From positions 1 through 36,741 of IMG/VR virus record IMGVR_UViG_3300010234_000031: a DNA stretch of 36,741 nt. One strand, written 5' to 3'. Positions within the stretch are counted from its first letter, which is position 1. Each line of letters begins with the position of its first letter. The stretch is from a virus (lineage: Duplodnaviria; Caudoviricetes). The notes beneath the pieces are model-generated. The model was not told where the DNA came from. It made no database searches and saw nothing but the letters and a program-made list of their open reading frames with translations. Both the position numbers and the translations under genes were made by a program. Positions 25,555-34,405 of the stretch are shown one piece after another.

Positions 25555-26190
25555 GTGGATCAAATACAGCACTACCTTATCGCGCTAGCTAGTGCGGTAC
25601 TTACTGTTCTAATAGTGTGGGTCCACCGCGCCCGGCTAACCGAAGCCGTAATGCGAAACATAGCCAAGCCAGTAGCCACGGCACGCACGTATGCGGACGC
25701 CGTGGGCGATTGGGTAGGCTTCGTTCAACTACGGGAGATTGCCCTATTCGTGTGGACCGGAGGCGACACGATCTTGTGGGACGCCAACGCGTGCGAAATG
25801 TGGGGCATGCCCGTAGAGAACCCGGAGCCGGGCCGCCTTTATTCCGTCCGCTACGAAGATTGGGCCGCGCGCGTATGGGACGAAACAGAATTAGCGCGAA
25901 GCCAGACCCTAGTATCCGAAGCTCTAGCCACCGGGGCGCCATACCAAAGTATTATCAAAGGCCGTGGCGTAAGTGGTAGGTCTTTTCGCGTTCTCTCTAT
26001 TGGGAGCGTGGCAGAAACCGAAGACGGCAAAAAAGAGATACGGGGAATCTCTATATCTTTGCACGGATCGGTAGACGCCGACTCGCCCTATGACACTATT
26101 ATGACGCGTTTACAATCCATGACCGCGCGCACGGAAGGCACTTTCGAAGAAGCGAAAGCCCTAAGAGCGGAGCGTAAAAAATTCTGGTAG
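25555..26190 (+). CDS. Membrane-anchored PAS (PAS_3-like) domain protein
   Basis: N-terminal TM helix; FVW...ILWDANACEMWGM, YEDWAARVW...VSEALATGAPY, GRSFRVLSIGSV..EDG...IRGISI follow the PAS/PAC pattern. Confidence 0.75.
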   Translation: MDQIQHYLIALASAVLTVLIVWVHRARLTEAVMRNIAKPVATARTYADAVGDWVGFVQLREIALFVWTGGDTILWDANACEMWGMPVENPEPGRLYSVRYEDWAARVWDETELARSQTLVSEALATGAPYQSIIKGRGVSGRSFRVLSIGSVAETEDGKKEIRGISISLHGSVDADSPYDTIMTRLQSMTARTEGTFEEAKALRAERKKFW

Positions 26191-26195
26191 GAACA

Positions 26196-26510
26196 ATGCC
26201 CGAAGGTGCAGGCGTGTGGATAGTGCAAGCCGTGGCAATTCCTGTTGTATCGGCTCTATTCTTGTGGGTCCGTACTCTTGTAAAGGAGAAGGACGCCTTG
26301 CAGGAGAAGCGCATAGAAACGCTGGAAAGAATGCTACAGAATTACAACGACGCCGTACGCGTGGTAGAGGCTTCTTTCGAGCTACAGAAGGAAGGCAAGC
26401 TGGTAACGGCGGCCTTCCAAGAACGCGTAACCGAGTACATTCAGGACGCGCGCAATTTCCAAGCGAACGCAATTACTACGTTTGCGGAATTAAAACAGAG
26501 CCGGGACTAG
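26196..26510 (+). CDS. Holin/antiholin-like protein (1 TM + coiled coil)
   Basis: WIVQAVAIPVVSALFLWV followed by a charged helix; upstream of endolysin. Confidence 0.55.
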   Translation: MPEGAGVWIVQAVAIPVVSALFLWVRTLVKEKDALQEKRIETLERMLQNYNDAVRVVEASFELQKEGKLVTAAFQERVTEYIQDARNFQANAITTFAELKQSRD

Positions 26511-26599
26511 GCATGCTAGAGCGAATCTCCATAGACGTTCTACCGCCGATGGACCCGGCGCTAATACCAACCGACAACCCCGAAGCCCCTAGGTACATT

Positions 26600-26782
26600 A
26601 TGAACAAGTTTAAAGCGCTACAGTGGATCTTGAAGGCCGGCGGCCTTCTAATGCTAATCGCGGATTGGCTACCGGATACGCTGGAAGACAAGAAGATCAG
26701 CTACGCCGAAATGGTAGACCTAGGCGAACGGATTGCCCGGCACTTCGGCATAGACGTAGACAAGCAGGGAATAGAAATCTAG
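26600..26782 (+). CDS. Small lysis-cassette protein (alternative start 26513)
   Basis: Amphipathic/hydrophobic N-terminus; abuts endolysin. Confidence 0.5.
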   Translation: MNKFKALQWILKAGGLLMLIADWLPDTLEDKKISYAEMVDLGERIARHFGIDVDKQGIEI

Positions 26783-26786
26783 AGGC

Positions 26787-27218
26787 ATGCTAACCGCAAC
26801 TCTAGAGCGATTCGCGTACGCCCCGGACGGCACGTATGGCCGTCTATTCCTCCCGGACGGGCAGATACTCTATACGGTAGAACAGCCGTGGAATTGCAAC
26901 GCCGTGGGAGCTAGTTGTATTCCAGAAGGTACCTACCAGTGCGCGCCACGGCGCTACAACCGTGGCGGGTATGAGGCCATAGAGATCCGAGCCGTACCGG
27001 GGCGGACGCATATTCTTTTCCACGTAGGCAATACGCCGAGCGACCTACGCGGGTGTATTGCGCCCGGCGTGGCGCGTGGCTGGCTGGAAGGCGCGTGGGC
27101 CGTTACCAGTAGCCGGAAAGCCTTCCGCGTCTTGATGGGCCAGCTAGGCGCCTTAGAGTGGACGCTAGTAGTAAAGGCGAGACAAGTAGACGCAAAGGCC
27201 ACGGCCGCCCCGTGTTAA
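26787..27218 (+). CDS. DUF5675 family protein (L,D-transpeptidase-like), probable endolysin
   Basis: TYGRL, YTVEQPW, SCIPEGTY, VPGRTHILFHVGN...GCIAPG. Confidence 0.85.
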   Translation: MLTATLERFAYAPDGTYGRLFLPDGQILYTVEQPWNCNAVGASCIPEGTYQCAPRRYNRGGYEAIEIRAVPGRTHILFHVGNTPSDLRGCIAPGVARGWLEGAWAVTSSRKAFRVLMGQLGALEWTLVVKARQVDAKATAAPC

Positions 27219-27219
27219 T

Positions 27220-27248
27220 GTGACAAAGTTTCCGGAGCCGGCTATATT
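27220..27248 (+). promoter_or_regulatory. Putative promoter for the tail-tip operon (leaderless)
   Basis: GTGACA, 17 nt, TATATT; ATG begins 7 nt after the -10. Confidence 0.5.
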
Positions 27249-27254
27249 GCGAAC

Positions 27255-28739
27255 ATGGCCTTTACTCTTCGCATAGACGGTACGGAAGTATTCCCACTAG
27301 CCGGCGGTGCGGCCGGCGGTGCGCTGGATGGCGATTGGAGCCAGAACGGAGACGGCCGCCTAGGCTTCGCTCTGAAAGAGACCGGCACGGGCACGCTGTC
27401 TTGGTCCTACCAAGTAGGGGACGCCGTTACGCTGGTAGACGATGTATCCGGGCTAACGCGTTTCGGCGGGTCCATCCAGACGATTAGCGTCCACGAATAC
27501 ACGAACAACCCGGACGGTACGTACACCGTTATCTACGGGATTGCGTGCGTGGACAATAGCTACATAGCGAAGCGCCGGCGTATAAACGCGGTCTACACTA
27601 CGGAGCTTTTCGAAGACATAGTGGACGAGATCGTTACCAACTTCTTGAACAATGAAGGCGTTACGACCACGAACGTAAAGGCTAGCGGCGTGTCCATCCA
27701 GAAGGCGGTATTCAGCTACCGGACCGTGGCGGACGCCTTCGACGCGCTATCCGAAATAATGGGCTACGCGTGGTGGATCGACGCGGACAAGGATCTGCAT
27801 TTTGTGGCGCGCGGAGACGTAGCCGGCACGTACGCGATAACGCCTACCAGCAGGAATTTCCGGACGCTATCCACGGACCGCAAGCTAACCGGCTACGTAA
27901 ATTCGTGGGTAGTCAGAGGCGGCCAAGGGATAACCGACGCCAAGACCGAGAGCCTATCCGGAGACGGAGAACGCCGGGTATTCTCGTTATCGTTCAAGGT
28001 AGCCGAGAAGCCGAGCGCCATAACGATCGACCGTGGGGCCGGGCCAGTGGCCGTAGACGCGGCGGACATAGGCATTAAGGGACTAGATACCGGAAAGGTT
28101 ATCTACTGGCAGAAGGACAACGTAGAAATAGAGCATGACGAGAACGAGACCGTACTAAGCGCCACGGATATTATCTCGGTTACGTACAAGGGACTCTTCC
28201 CTATCGTGGTAGAAGCCGAAGACGCCAGCGCCATAGCGGAGCGCGCGGCGGTAAGCGCCGGCACTTCCGGCCGCTACGAAGGCATAGAGACGGACGTAAG
28301 CATAGAGACCACGAACGCGGCCAGCGACAAGGCGGCCGGCAAGCTCCGGAGAACGTCCGAAATAGAACAGACGATTAAGCTAACGACGGATGATAACACG
28401 ATGTATCCGGGCCAGCTAATCCCGGTAGAGCTTCCGGAGCTTGGCATAAACGGGGATTATCTAGTAGACCGCGTAAAGGCGAAGGACCAAGGCAACTTCA
28501 CTTTAGAGTATACTGTTACCCTAATCTCCGGAGAATCGCGCGGCGGGTGGGAATCCTTTTGGCGGCGCTTCACCCGTCCGGACTCTATCAACGTAGGGGA
28601 CGAGTTCATAGTACAGCTAATCAGCCTAGGCTCTAATCTGCAATTCTCCATGACGGAAACGGCTACTTCCGTCGATTACTTTTTACGATACGATGGAAAC
28701 GGTGGACCCTATGGCATGTGTGAGTACGGAGCGCCGTAA
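27255..28739 (+). CDS. Tail tip/baseplate hub protein
   Basis: RFGGSI, DAFDALSEIMGYAWWIDADKDLHF, YVNSWVVRGG, PGQLI. Confidence 0.75.
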   Translation: MAFTLRIDGTEVFPLAGGAAGGALDGDWSQNGDGRLGFALKETGTGTLSWSYQVGDAVTLVDDVSGLTRFGGSIQTISVHEYTNNPDGTYTVIYGIACVDNSYIAKRRRINAVYTTELFEDIVDEIVTNFLNNEGVTTTNVKASGVSIQKAVFSYRTVADAFDALSEIMGYAWWIDADKDLHFVARGDVAGTYAITPTSRNFRTLSTDRKLTGYVNSWVVRGGQGITDAKTESLSGDGERRVFSLSFKVAEKPSAITIDRGAGPVAVDAADIGIKGLDTGKVIYWQKDNVEIEHDENETVLSATDIISVTYKGLFPIVVEAEDASAIAERAAVSAGTSGRYEGIETDVSIETTNAASDKAAGKLRRTSEIEQTIKLTTDDNTMYPGQLIPVELPELGINGDYLVDRVKAKDQGNFTLEYTVTLISGESRGGWESFWRRFTRPDSINVGDEFIVQLISLGSNLQFSMTETATSVDYFLRYDGNGGPYGMCEYGAP

Positions 28740-29184
28740 AGGTGGCGCGCCGATTGGCGCTACCGTCAATTTCCGCGTGTCGGTTCTGGACGCCGAGACC
28801 GGGGATGTACTGCGCACGGAGCTAGGGCACAACAAGGTGCCTACGGCCGGGCTAAACGTTGTCCGGGATCTTCTGACCGGAGACAGCTCCGCCGTGCTTT
28901 CAACCTTCCGGATCGGAACGGACGATACAGCGGAAGCGGACGGAGACACGGCGCTAGGCACGCAAGTAAATTCCGACTCGTTTACGCAGACCGTAAAGAA
29001 CAGTGCGCAGATAGTCTATTCGTACCTACTGGCGTCCGGAGACCTAAACGTATACGTTCTGAAAGAAGCCGGCATTTTCTTTGACGATGGAACCATTTTC
29101 AACCGTTTCGTCTACGCCGATATAGACAAGAGTAGCGCTATACAGGTACTCTACCAAGTAACGATAGACATTACAGAGGCGTAG
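28693..29184 (+). CDS. Baseplate/tail-fibre attachment protein (start uncertain)
   Basis: NKVPTAGLN, IGTDDTA...DTALG, LKEAGIF, FNR motifs. Confidence 0.7.
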   Translation: METVDPMACVSTERRKGGAPIGATVNFRVSVLDAETGDVLRTELGHNKVPTAGLNVVRDLLTGDSSAVLSTFRIGTDDTAEADGDTALGTQVNSDSFTQTVKNSAQIVYSYLLASGDLNVYVLKEAGIFFDDGTIFNRFVYADIDKSSAIQVLYQVTIDITEA

Positions 29185-29186
29185 GC

Positions 29187-30422
29187 ATGCCAACACTAAC
29201 GGGCAGTACGCACTTAGTCCACCCCACCGGGGGCGACATAGCGACAACGACCAATCAAGGGCGATACGGCTTGGAGGAAATTCTAAGCCATCTACTCTTC
29301 GATACGCTGGCCGGCGCTACAGATTGGGTAGTCTCCGGCTTCGACTACGCCAGCGGCGCGGGTCTTGTGGCAACGTTCAACGGAGGCGCGGCCATTATCC
29401 AAGGCCGGTACGTGAGCGTAACCGGAACGTGGACCGTAACCGTTGCGGACGATGCGACCACCACGGTCTACCTAGCGCTTACGCTGGACGGAGACAACAA
29501 GGTTACGGACGTAACGGTAGAGACTTCCACGCCATCCGGATACTACCTAGAGCTAGGCGCCGTAACGGCCGCCAGCGGGAGCATATCCGGCGGCACGGAC
29601 ACGCGGCGGACCACGCCGGCATTCATCCGGCATACGGACGCTAGCGGCACCACGGCCGGCCACATGCGCCGGACCGGAGAGCGGACCTACGAAGTAGTAG
29701 TAGACAACCTAGCGGCCAACACGGAGCCGGGTGTAAGCAATGACAACACCGAAGGGTACGGCGTAGACTCCCGGTGGATCGACACTACGGCCGGCGAAGC
29801 GTACGTGTGCTTAGACGCCAGCACGGGCGCCGCCGTGTGGGGTCACATTACCAGCCTAGCCGAAGCCGTACTGGACTCGGACTACACGGGCGCCGGAGAT
29901 ATACTGGTAGGGACCGGGGCCGGCACGCACGCCGCTAGGGACATATCCATCAAGGGCACGCTACTGGTAGGAGACGGCACGGACGCGGCGGCCCTATCGG
30001 TAGGCGCCAACGACACGTTCCCGGTAGCGGCCAGCGGCGAAGCCACGGGCATAGAGTGGCGCGTACTGGCGGCCGGAGACATTCCGAGCCTAGCGGCCAG
30101 TATAATTACGAGCGGCACGCTAGCGCACGAACGCGGCGGCCTAGAGGCGGACGTAAGCGCGTACGCCGGGCGCATAGCGATAGCCGGCGGCGCCACTACG
30201 GAAATCAAAGACAACCTAACCGCGTCCGCGCGGCCTGTGTCTACTGACGATAGCGCTTCTGGCTACGGTATCCGGTCGCATTGGGTGATTACGTCCGGCG
30301 GCAACTTGGGCGAAGTATGGCTGTGCCGAGACGCCACTACCAGCGCGGCCGTATGGGATCAAATAAACGCCAGCGGCGGCGGGTCTACTAACCTTTCGGC
30401 CGTCCGATACCTACAGCGATAG
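29187..30422 (+). CDS. Tail fibre protein
   Basis: G.AIIQGRYV N-terminal anchor; GDILVG/KGTLLVG fibre repeats; duplicated DN...GY...S.W...C.DA..AAVW module. Confidence 0.75.
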   Translation: MPTLTGSTHLVHPTGGDIATTTNQGRYGLEEILSHLLFDTLAGATDWVVSGFDYASGAGLVATFNGGAAIIQGRYVSVTGTWTVTVADDATTTVYLALTLDGDNKVTDVTVETSTPSGYYLELGAVTAASGSISGGTDTRRTTPAFIRHTDASGTTAGHMRRTGERTYEVVVDNLAANTEPGVSNDNTEGYGVDSRWIDTTAGEAYVCLDASTGAAVWGHITSLAEAVLDSDYTGAGDILVGTGAGTHAARDISIKGTLLVGDGTDAAALSVGANDTFPVAASGEATGIEWRVLAAGDIPSLAASIITSGTLAHERGGLEADVSAYAGRIAIAGGATTEIKDNLTASARPVSTDDSASGYGIRSHWVITSGGNLGEVWLCRDATTSAAVWDQINASGGGSTNLSAVRYLQR

Positions 30423-30423
30423 C

Positions 30424-31803
30424 ATGGCACAAGACGCAAATACAGTACACCCGTTGTCGGAAATGACCGGCGGCCCGATAGAGATTACGTCTACTACGTG
30501 GGTCAAAGTTCACGATGTACCGGCCACGGCGGAAGGCGACGAAGTAACCGTACAGCTACGGGCCAGAGACACGGCTACGATTGCATGGAAGGTTATCCAT
30601 CCGGATAATCGGAGCATGCCGCTACTGGAATCGGCTTCACGAGCGGCCACGGTAGGCGGCACGGTAAAGATTCTGGACGGCGTGGTATTGCCGGCGGACT
30701 CGGAAGTTTGGGTAAAAGGCGTAACGATTCCGAGCAAGACCGGCATAACCGGGAACGACGAAATTTGGGTGCCTACTGCCGATGGCGTAAAGGTGTATAC
30801 GGCGGACTCCGGTTTCGCGGAGCTAGCGCACTTCGGAAGCGGCACGGCCTACGTGGCCGCCATTCCTATGATGCACAAGAACGCCGTTATTTGCGTCCGG
30901 GCTAGCTCTACTACCGTCGATATCTTCGACCTAAACGGAGACAGCCAAGGCACGCTAACGCTATCGACCGCCGCGCCGGCTTCCATCCCGGCACGTACCG
31001 GAGGGCGCAACTTCCAGATTAGCGGCACGAATTCCGATGGCGACCACGTAGCCTTCGTAATGAATACCAACCTACTCGTATGCCTAGACTGCGCAGACGC
31101 GGACCCGGAGAATTGGGTAGAAGAGTGGGAGTATTCGGCCACTACGTCCGTGCTAGGGATCTTCTACAACGAAGTAAACGACCAGTGGCTAACGCTAAAG
31201 GACGCGGCTACGTACGTGGTTCTGGACAAGACGGCCGGCACGGAATCCGGCACGCGGTCCGCTACCAACGGGTCTCTAATGGATTTCTTCCTAGGGGACC
31301 GAGACGGAAGCCGGGTCTTTGCCTTTGGTAATGACGCTAGCGCCGACTGTAGGACGGCATACGTGGCGTTGTCTTCGATAGCCGCAGACACGGCGCACGT
31401 AAGCGGCGCACACTTTGACAACGTTTCGGCGGCGGGAAGCGAAACGCCTATGGACGATGGCGCGGTAGACGGCTTGCAGTACGAAGCCGCCAATACAAAA
31501 TTCCAGCACTGCAACAAGCAACTAGAAAACGCCACGAACACCGTAACGGATGTAGACACTACGGACGGCTCGGACCCGACGCCACTAGCGGACTCGGAGC
31601 TTTTTGTAATCAGCGACACGGCTTGCATTTTCAATGACGGGTCCGTGCTACAGCACTTATCTACGACCACGTACACGGCCAGCGACATAAGCACCACGTA
31701 CAGCCCCGGCGGGATCTGCTACGAGTGCCGGACCACGGGCGAGACCGTTACGGTAGGAGACGGCGGCATTTACATAGACGGCATGGCCGTTAGAACCACC
31801 TAG
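30424..31803 (+). CDS. Putative receptor-binding/tail protein, paralog A
   Basis: Acidic, beta-rich; collinear similarity to 31808-33217. Confidence 0.65.
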   Translation: MAQDANTVHPLSEMTGGPIEITSTTWVKVHDVPATAEGDEVTVQLRARDTATIAWKVIHPDNRSMPLLESASRAATVGGTVKILDGVVLPADSEVWVKGVTIPSKTGITGNDEIWVPTADGVKVYTADSGFAELAHFGSGTAYVAAIPMMHKNAVICVRASSTTVDIFDLNGDSQGTLTLSTAAPASIPARTGGRNFQISGTNSDGDHVAFVMNTNLLVCLDCADADPENWVEEWEYSATTSVLGIFYNEVNDQWLTLKDAATYVVLDKTAGTESGTRSATNGSLMDFFLGDRDGSRVFAFGNDASADCRTAYVALSSIAADTAHVSGAHFDNVSAAGSETPMDDGAVDGLQYEAANTKFQHCNKQLENATNTVTDVDTTDGSDPTPLADSELFVISDTACIFNDGSVLQHLSTTTYTASDISTTYSPGGICYECRTTGETVTVGDGGIYIDGMAVRTT

Positions 31804-31807
31804 CACA

Positions 31808-33217
31808 ATGGCTAACAGCACGTTTACGATTCACCAGCTATCCGAGCAAACGGATGACTGTATAGAGCTTACCGCAGTGGGCACATGGACGCTAGTTCAC
31901 ACGGTCCCGGACACGACGGACCTAGTGGACGAAGTGAGCATAACGCTAATGTCTATAGGCTCCGGATCTATCGACTACCGCGTAGAGCATCCGGACGTAG
32001 CCGGCACGCTACTGTCAGGCACCGTAGCCGCCGTAGCCGGCGCAGATACGGCCGTGCTGGACAAAGAGATTTTGCCGCAAGGGACAACGGTACTGGTAAA
32101 GGCCACCAGCACGCCGGGCGCCAGCGACCTAACCGGGGACGAAGAGCTATACGTACCTACGACCGATGGCATAAAGATCTACACCGCAGACGCCGCGTTT
32201 ACAGAGCGGAGCCTAACGATAGGTAGCGGAACGTCCTACGTAGGCGCCATCCCGGTTACGCACAAGAACGGCGGCGTAGTAATCGGCTTGCGTACTAGCT
32301 CTACCACCGTGGACATTTTCGACCTAGGCGGCAACTCGCTAGGCACGCTAACGCTGTCTACGGCTATGCCGGCCACGCTAACCAGTAACGGCGGAGAGTT
32401 CTACGCGTTCAGCGGCACGGATTCCGATGGCGATTACCTAGCCTTCCACGATGAAAACGGCCGGATAAAGTGCATAGATATGTCCGATGCGGACCCGGAC
32501 AACTGGACGGAGGCTTGGGAATATAATTGGTCTGCCAGCTTCGCTCGGTTTCAGGGTATCTACTACAACGAGACCTACAGCCAGTTTATCGTTTGCCGCA
32601 CTACGGCCACTAATTGCGCCATAGGACGATTCGCCGAAGCGGACGGCACGCTAGACGATAGCCAGAGTGATAACGACATAGGCAACAACGCGGACTTTTT
32701 CGTACATGACCGGGCGACTACGGCCGGCTTCGCCTTCGGGGCCGGTGCATCCGGAGACGCGGACGAGTGGAACCTAACCGGAAGCACTACTACGACTGCG
32801 GCAGGTAGGGGCACTAACGCCGGGCATTTCGACTACGCGCAAGCGGCCGGCCTTCTGGACGTACTGGACGGCGGCAACGTGGCCGGCCTTTTCTACGACA
32901 CGAACGCCAGCGACTTCCGGCATGCGTCGAAGATGGCGGAGGACGCAAGCAACACTAACACAAGCATAACCGGGATCGGCGCCAACGTGATTCCGGAGGC
33001 GCGTTCCCGGATCTTTGCCCTAAGCACTACCGAGCTAGTCTACGAAGACGATAACGGCGTACTGACGCACGTATCCGGATCGACCTTCACGCAAGGACCA
33101 ACAGTAGACCAAGACAGAGCCGGCGGTATCGGCTTCGAACGCCGCACCACGCCTTCCACTATCACGCTACCGGATGGCGGCCTATTCATCAAGGGACAAG
33201 CACTACGAGTACAGTAA
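31808..33217 (+). CDS. Putative receptor-binding/tail protein, paralog B
   Basis: Shares SSTTVDIFDL.G.S.GTLTLSTA, SGT.SDGD, DADP.NW.E.WEY with paralog A. Confidence 0.65.
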   Translation: MANSTFTIHQLSEQTDDCIELTAVGTWTLVHTVPDTTDLVDEVSITLMSIGSGSIDYRVEHPDVAGTLLSGTVAAVAGADTAVLDKEILPQGTTVLVKATSTPGASDLTGDEELYVPTTDGIKIYTADAAFTERSLTIGSGTSYVGAIPVTHKNGGVVIGLRTSSTTVDIFDLGGNSLGTLTLSTAMPATLTSNGGEFYAFSGTDSDGDYLAFHDENGRIKCIDMSDADPDNWTEAWEYNWSASFARFQGIYYNETYSQFIVCRTTATNCAIGRFAEADGTLDDSQSDNDIGNNADFFVHDRATTAGFAFGAGASGDADEWNLTGSTTTTAAGRGTNAGHFDYAQAAGLLDVLDGGNVAGLFYDTNASDFRHASKMAEDASNTNTSITGIGANVIPEARSRIFALSTTELVYEDDNGVLTHVSGSTFTQGPTVDQDRAGGIGFERRTTPSTITLPDGGLFIKGQALRVQ

Positions 33218-33750
33218 TGGACCGACACTACAAGACCCAAGGCACGCCGGAAGAAGACGGTTCCATACCGCACGCGTTTGTCTACGACCATTCCGAAGAG
33301 TGGACCGAGCTAGGCTACGCCGCATACGTGGTAGATCCGGAATTCGAAATGGACGCGGCGGCCGTGCTGGCGGCCCTATCGGCAACAGTGCCGGGGACTA
33401 TGACCGCCGTAACGCTAACGGAATACTTCGCGTATGCAGACGCGGCGTTTACAGCGGCCGGCGTCTTCGCGGATCTGTCCGGCGTGTGGGCGCTAGGTAG
33501 CGACTTCGTACCGAGACTAGAGACGGCACTAGCGGAAGCGCGCTACGCCGCCGCACTGGCGCTTATCCGCACGCAACCCGTGGTGCCTAGGTTTATCATA
33601 GAGAACGGGGCGCCGGCCATTAATCCGGCCTACACGCCGCTAGAGACGGCGCTAGACGCATGCCTGACTACGGTATGCCAGAAGGACGCACAAGTACCGT
33701 ACGATCCAGCATGGACCGAAGCGGACGTAGACGCCGCAAGGGTACACTAA
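33217..33750 (+). CDS. Hypothetical protein (177 aa), tail-module associated
   Basis: TAATG coupling to the upstream gene. Confidence 0.7.
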   Translation: MDRHYKTQGTPEEDGSIPHAFVYDHSEEWTELGYAAYVVDPEFEMDAAAVLAALSATVPGTMTAVTLTEYFAYADAAFTAAGVFADLSGVWALGSDFVPRLETALAEARYAAALALIRTQPVVPRFIIENGAPAINPAYTPLETALDACLTTVCQKDAQVPYDPAWTEADVDAARVH

Positions 33751-33751
33751 C

Positions 33752-33973
33752 ATGCAAGGAGACTACGCACTTTGGGCTATCCCGCTATTCGCCGGCGCCA
33801 TCATTCTTTACGAAGTGGTAGCCGTATGGCGGAAGGGCGATAAGACCAGCACGATTAGCGAAGCATTCTGGCACGCGGCCGGCCGGCGCTGGTATGCCAC
33901 AATCATTCTAATCTTTTCTCTCGGCTTCCTTACGTGCCATCTGGTAGGCGCTACGCCGCCGTGGCAAGCCTAG
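33752..33973 (+). CDS. Two-TM small membrane protein (holin-like)
   Basis: Two hydrophobic helices separated by TISE. Confidence 0.55.
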   Translation: MQGDYALWAIPLFAGAIILYEVVAVWRKGDKTSTISEAFWHAAGRRWYATIILIFSLGFLTCHLVGATPPWQA

Positions 33974-34012
33974 AGAAACTAGAAGGCTCACGCGCGCGAG
34001 AGCATTACTACT

Positions 34013-34405
34013 ATGCCGCAAAACGAAAAGGGCTATTTGCTTCTAGAGAACAGCCGCTATTCCGAGAAACAAGTAATAGAGGCGGCCCGGAAGTGCAAGG
34101 GCAATAAGACCGCAATGGCGCGGGTCTTGCAGTGCCACCTATCGCATATCTACAACTTGCTGGCGACCTATCCGGCGGTAGAGGAAGTAATACTAGAGGG
34201 TAGGAGTACGCGGCTAGACCTAGCGGAGAGCAAGCTAGACGAAGCCATAGCGCGCGGAGAAGGGTGGGCCATAACGCTAATGCTCACAAGCCAAGGCGCC
34301 GATCGCGGCTACGTCCGGAAGACGCATACGCAAGTGGACGTAAAGGAAGTGAAGCAAGAGTGGGAAATAGTCTTGCCGCCGGACTACGAAGAGGAAGCCG
34401 AATAA
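34013..34405 (+). CDS. terS: Terminase small subunit
   Basis: Fis-like HTH (GNKTAMARVLQC), LDLAESKL, WAI...L...G.DRGY; directly upstream of terL. Confidence 0.8.
   Translation: MPQNEKGYLLLENSRYSEKQVIEAARKCKGNKTAMARVLQCHLSHIYNLLATYPAVEEVILEGRSTRLDLAESKLDEAIARGEGWAITLMLTSQGADRGYVRKTHTQVDVKEVKQEWEIVLPPDYEEEAE

Noticed and set aside
30424-33217. Diversity-generating retroelement or invertible tail-fibre switch
   Set aside because: No reverse transcriptase or invertase; paralogs are co-oriented and differences are not adenine-specific
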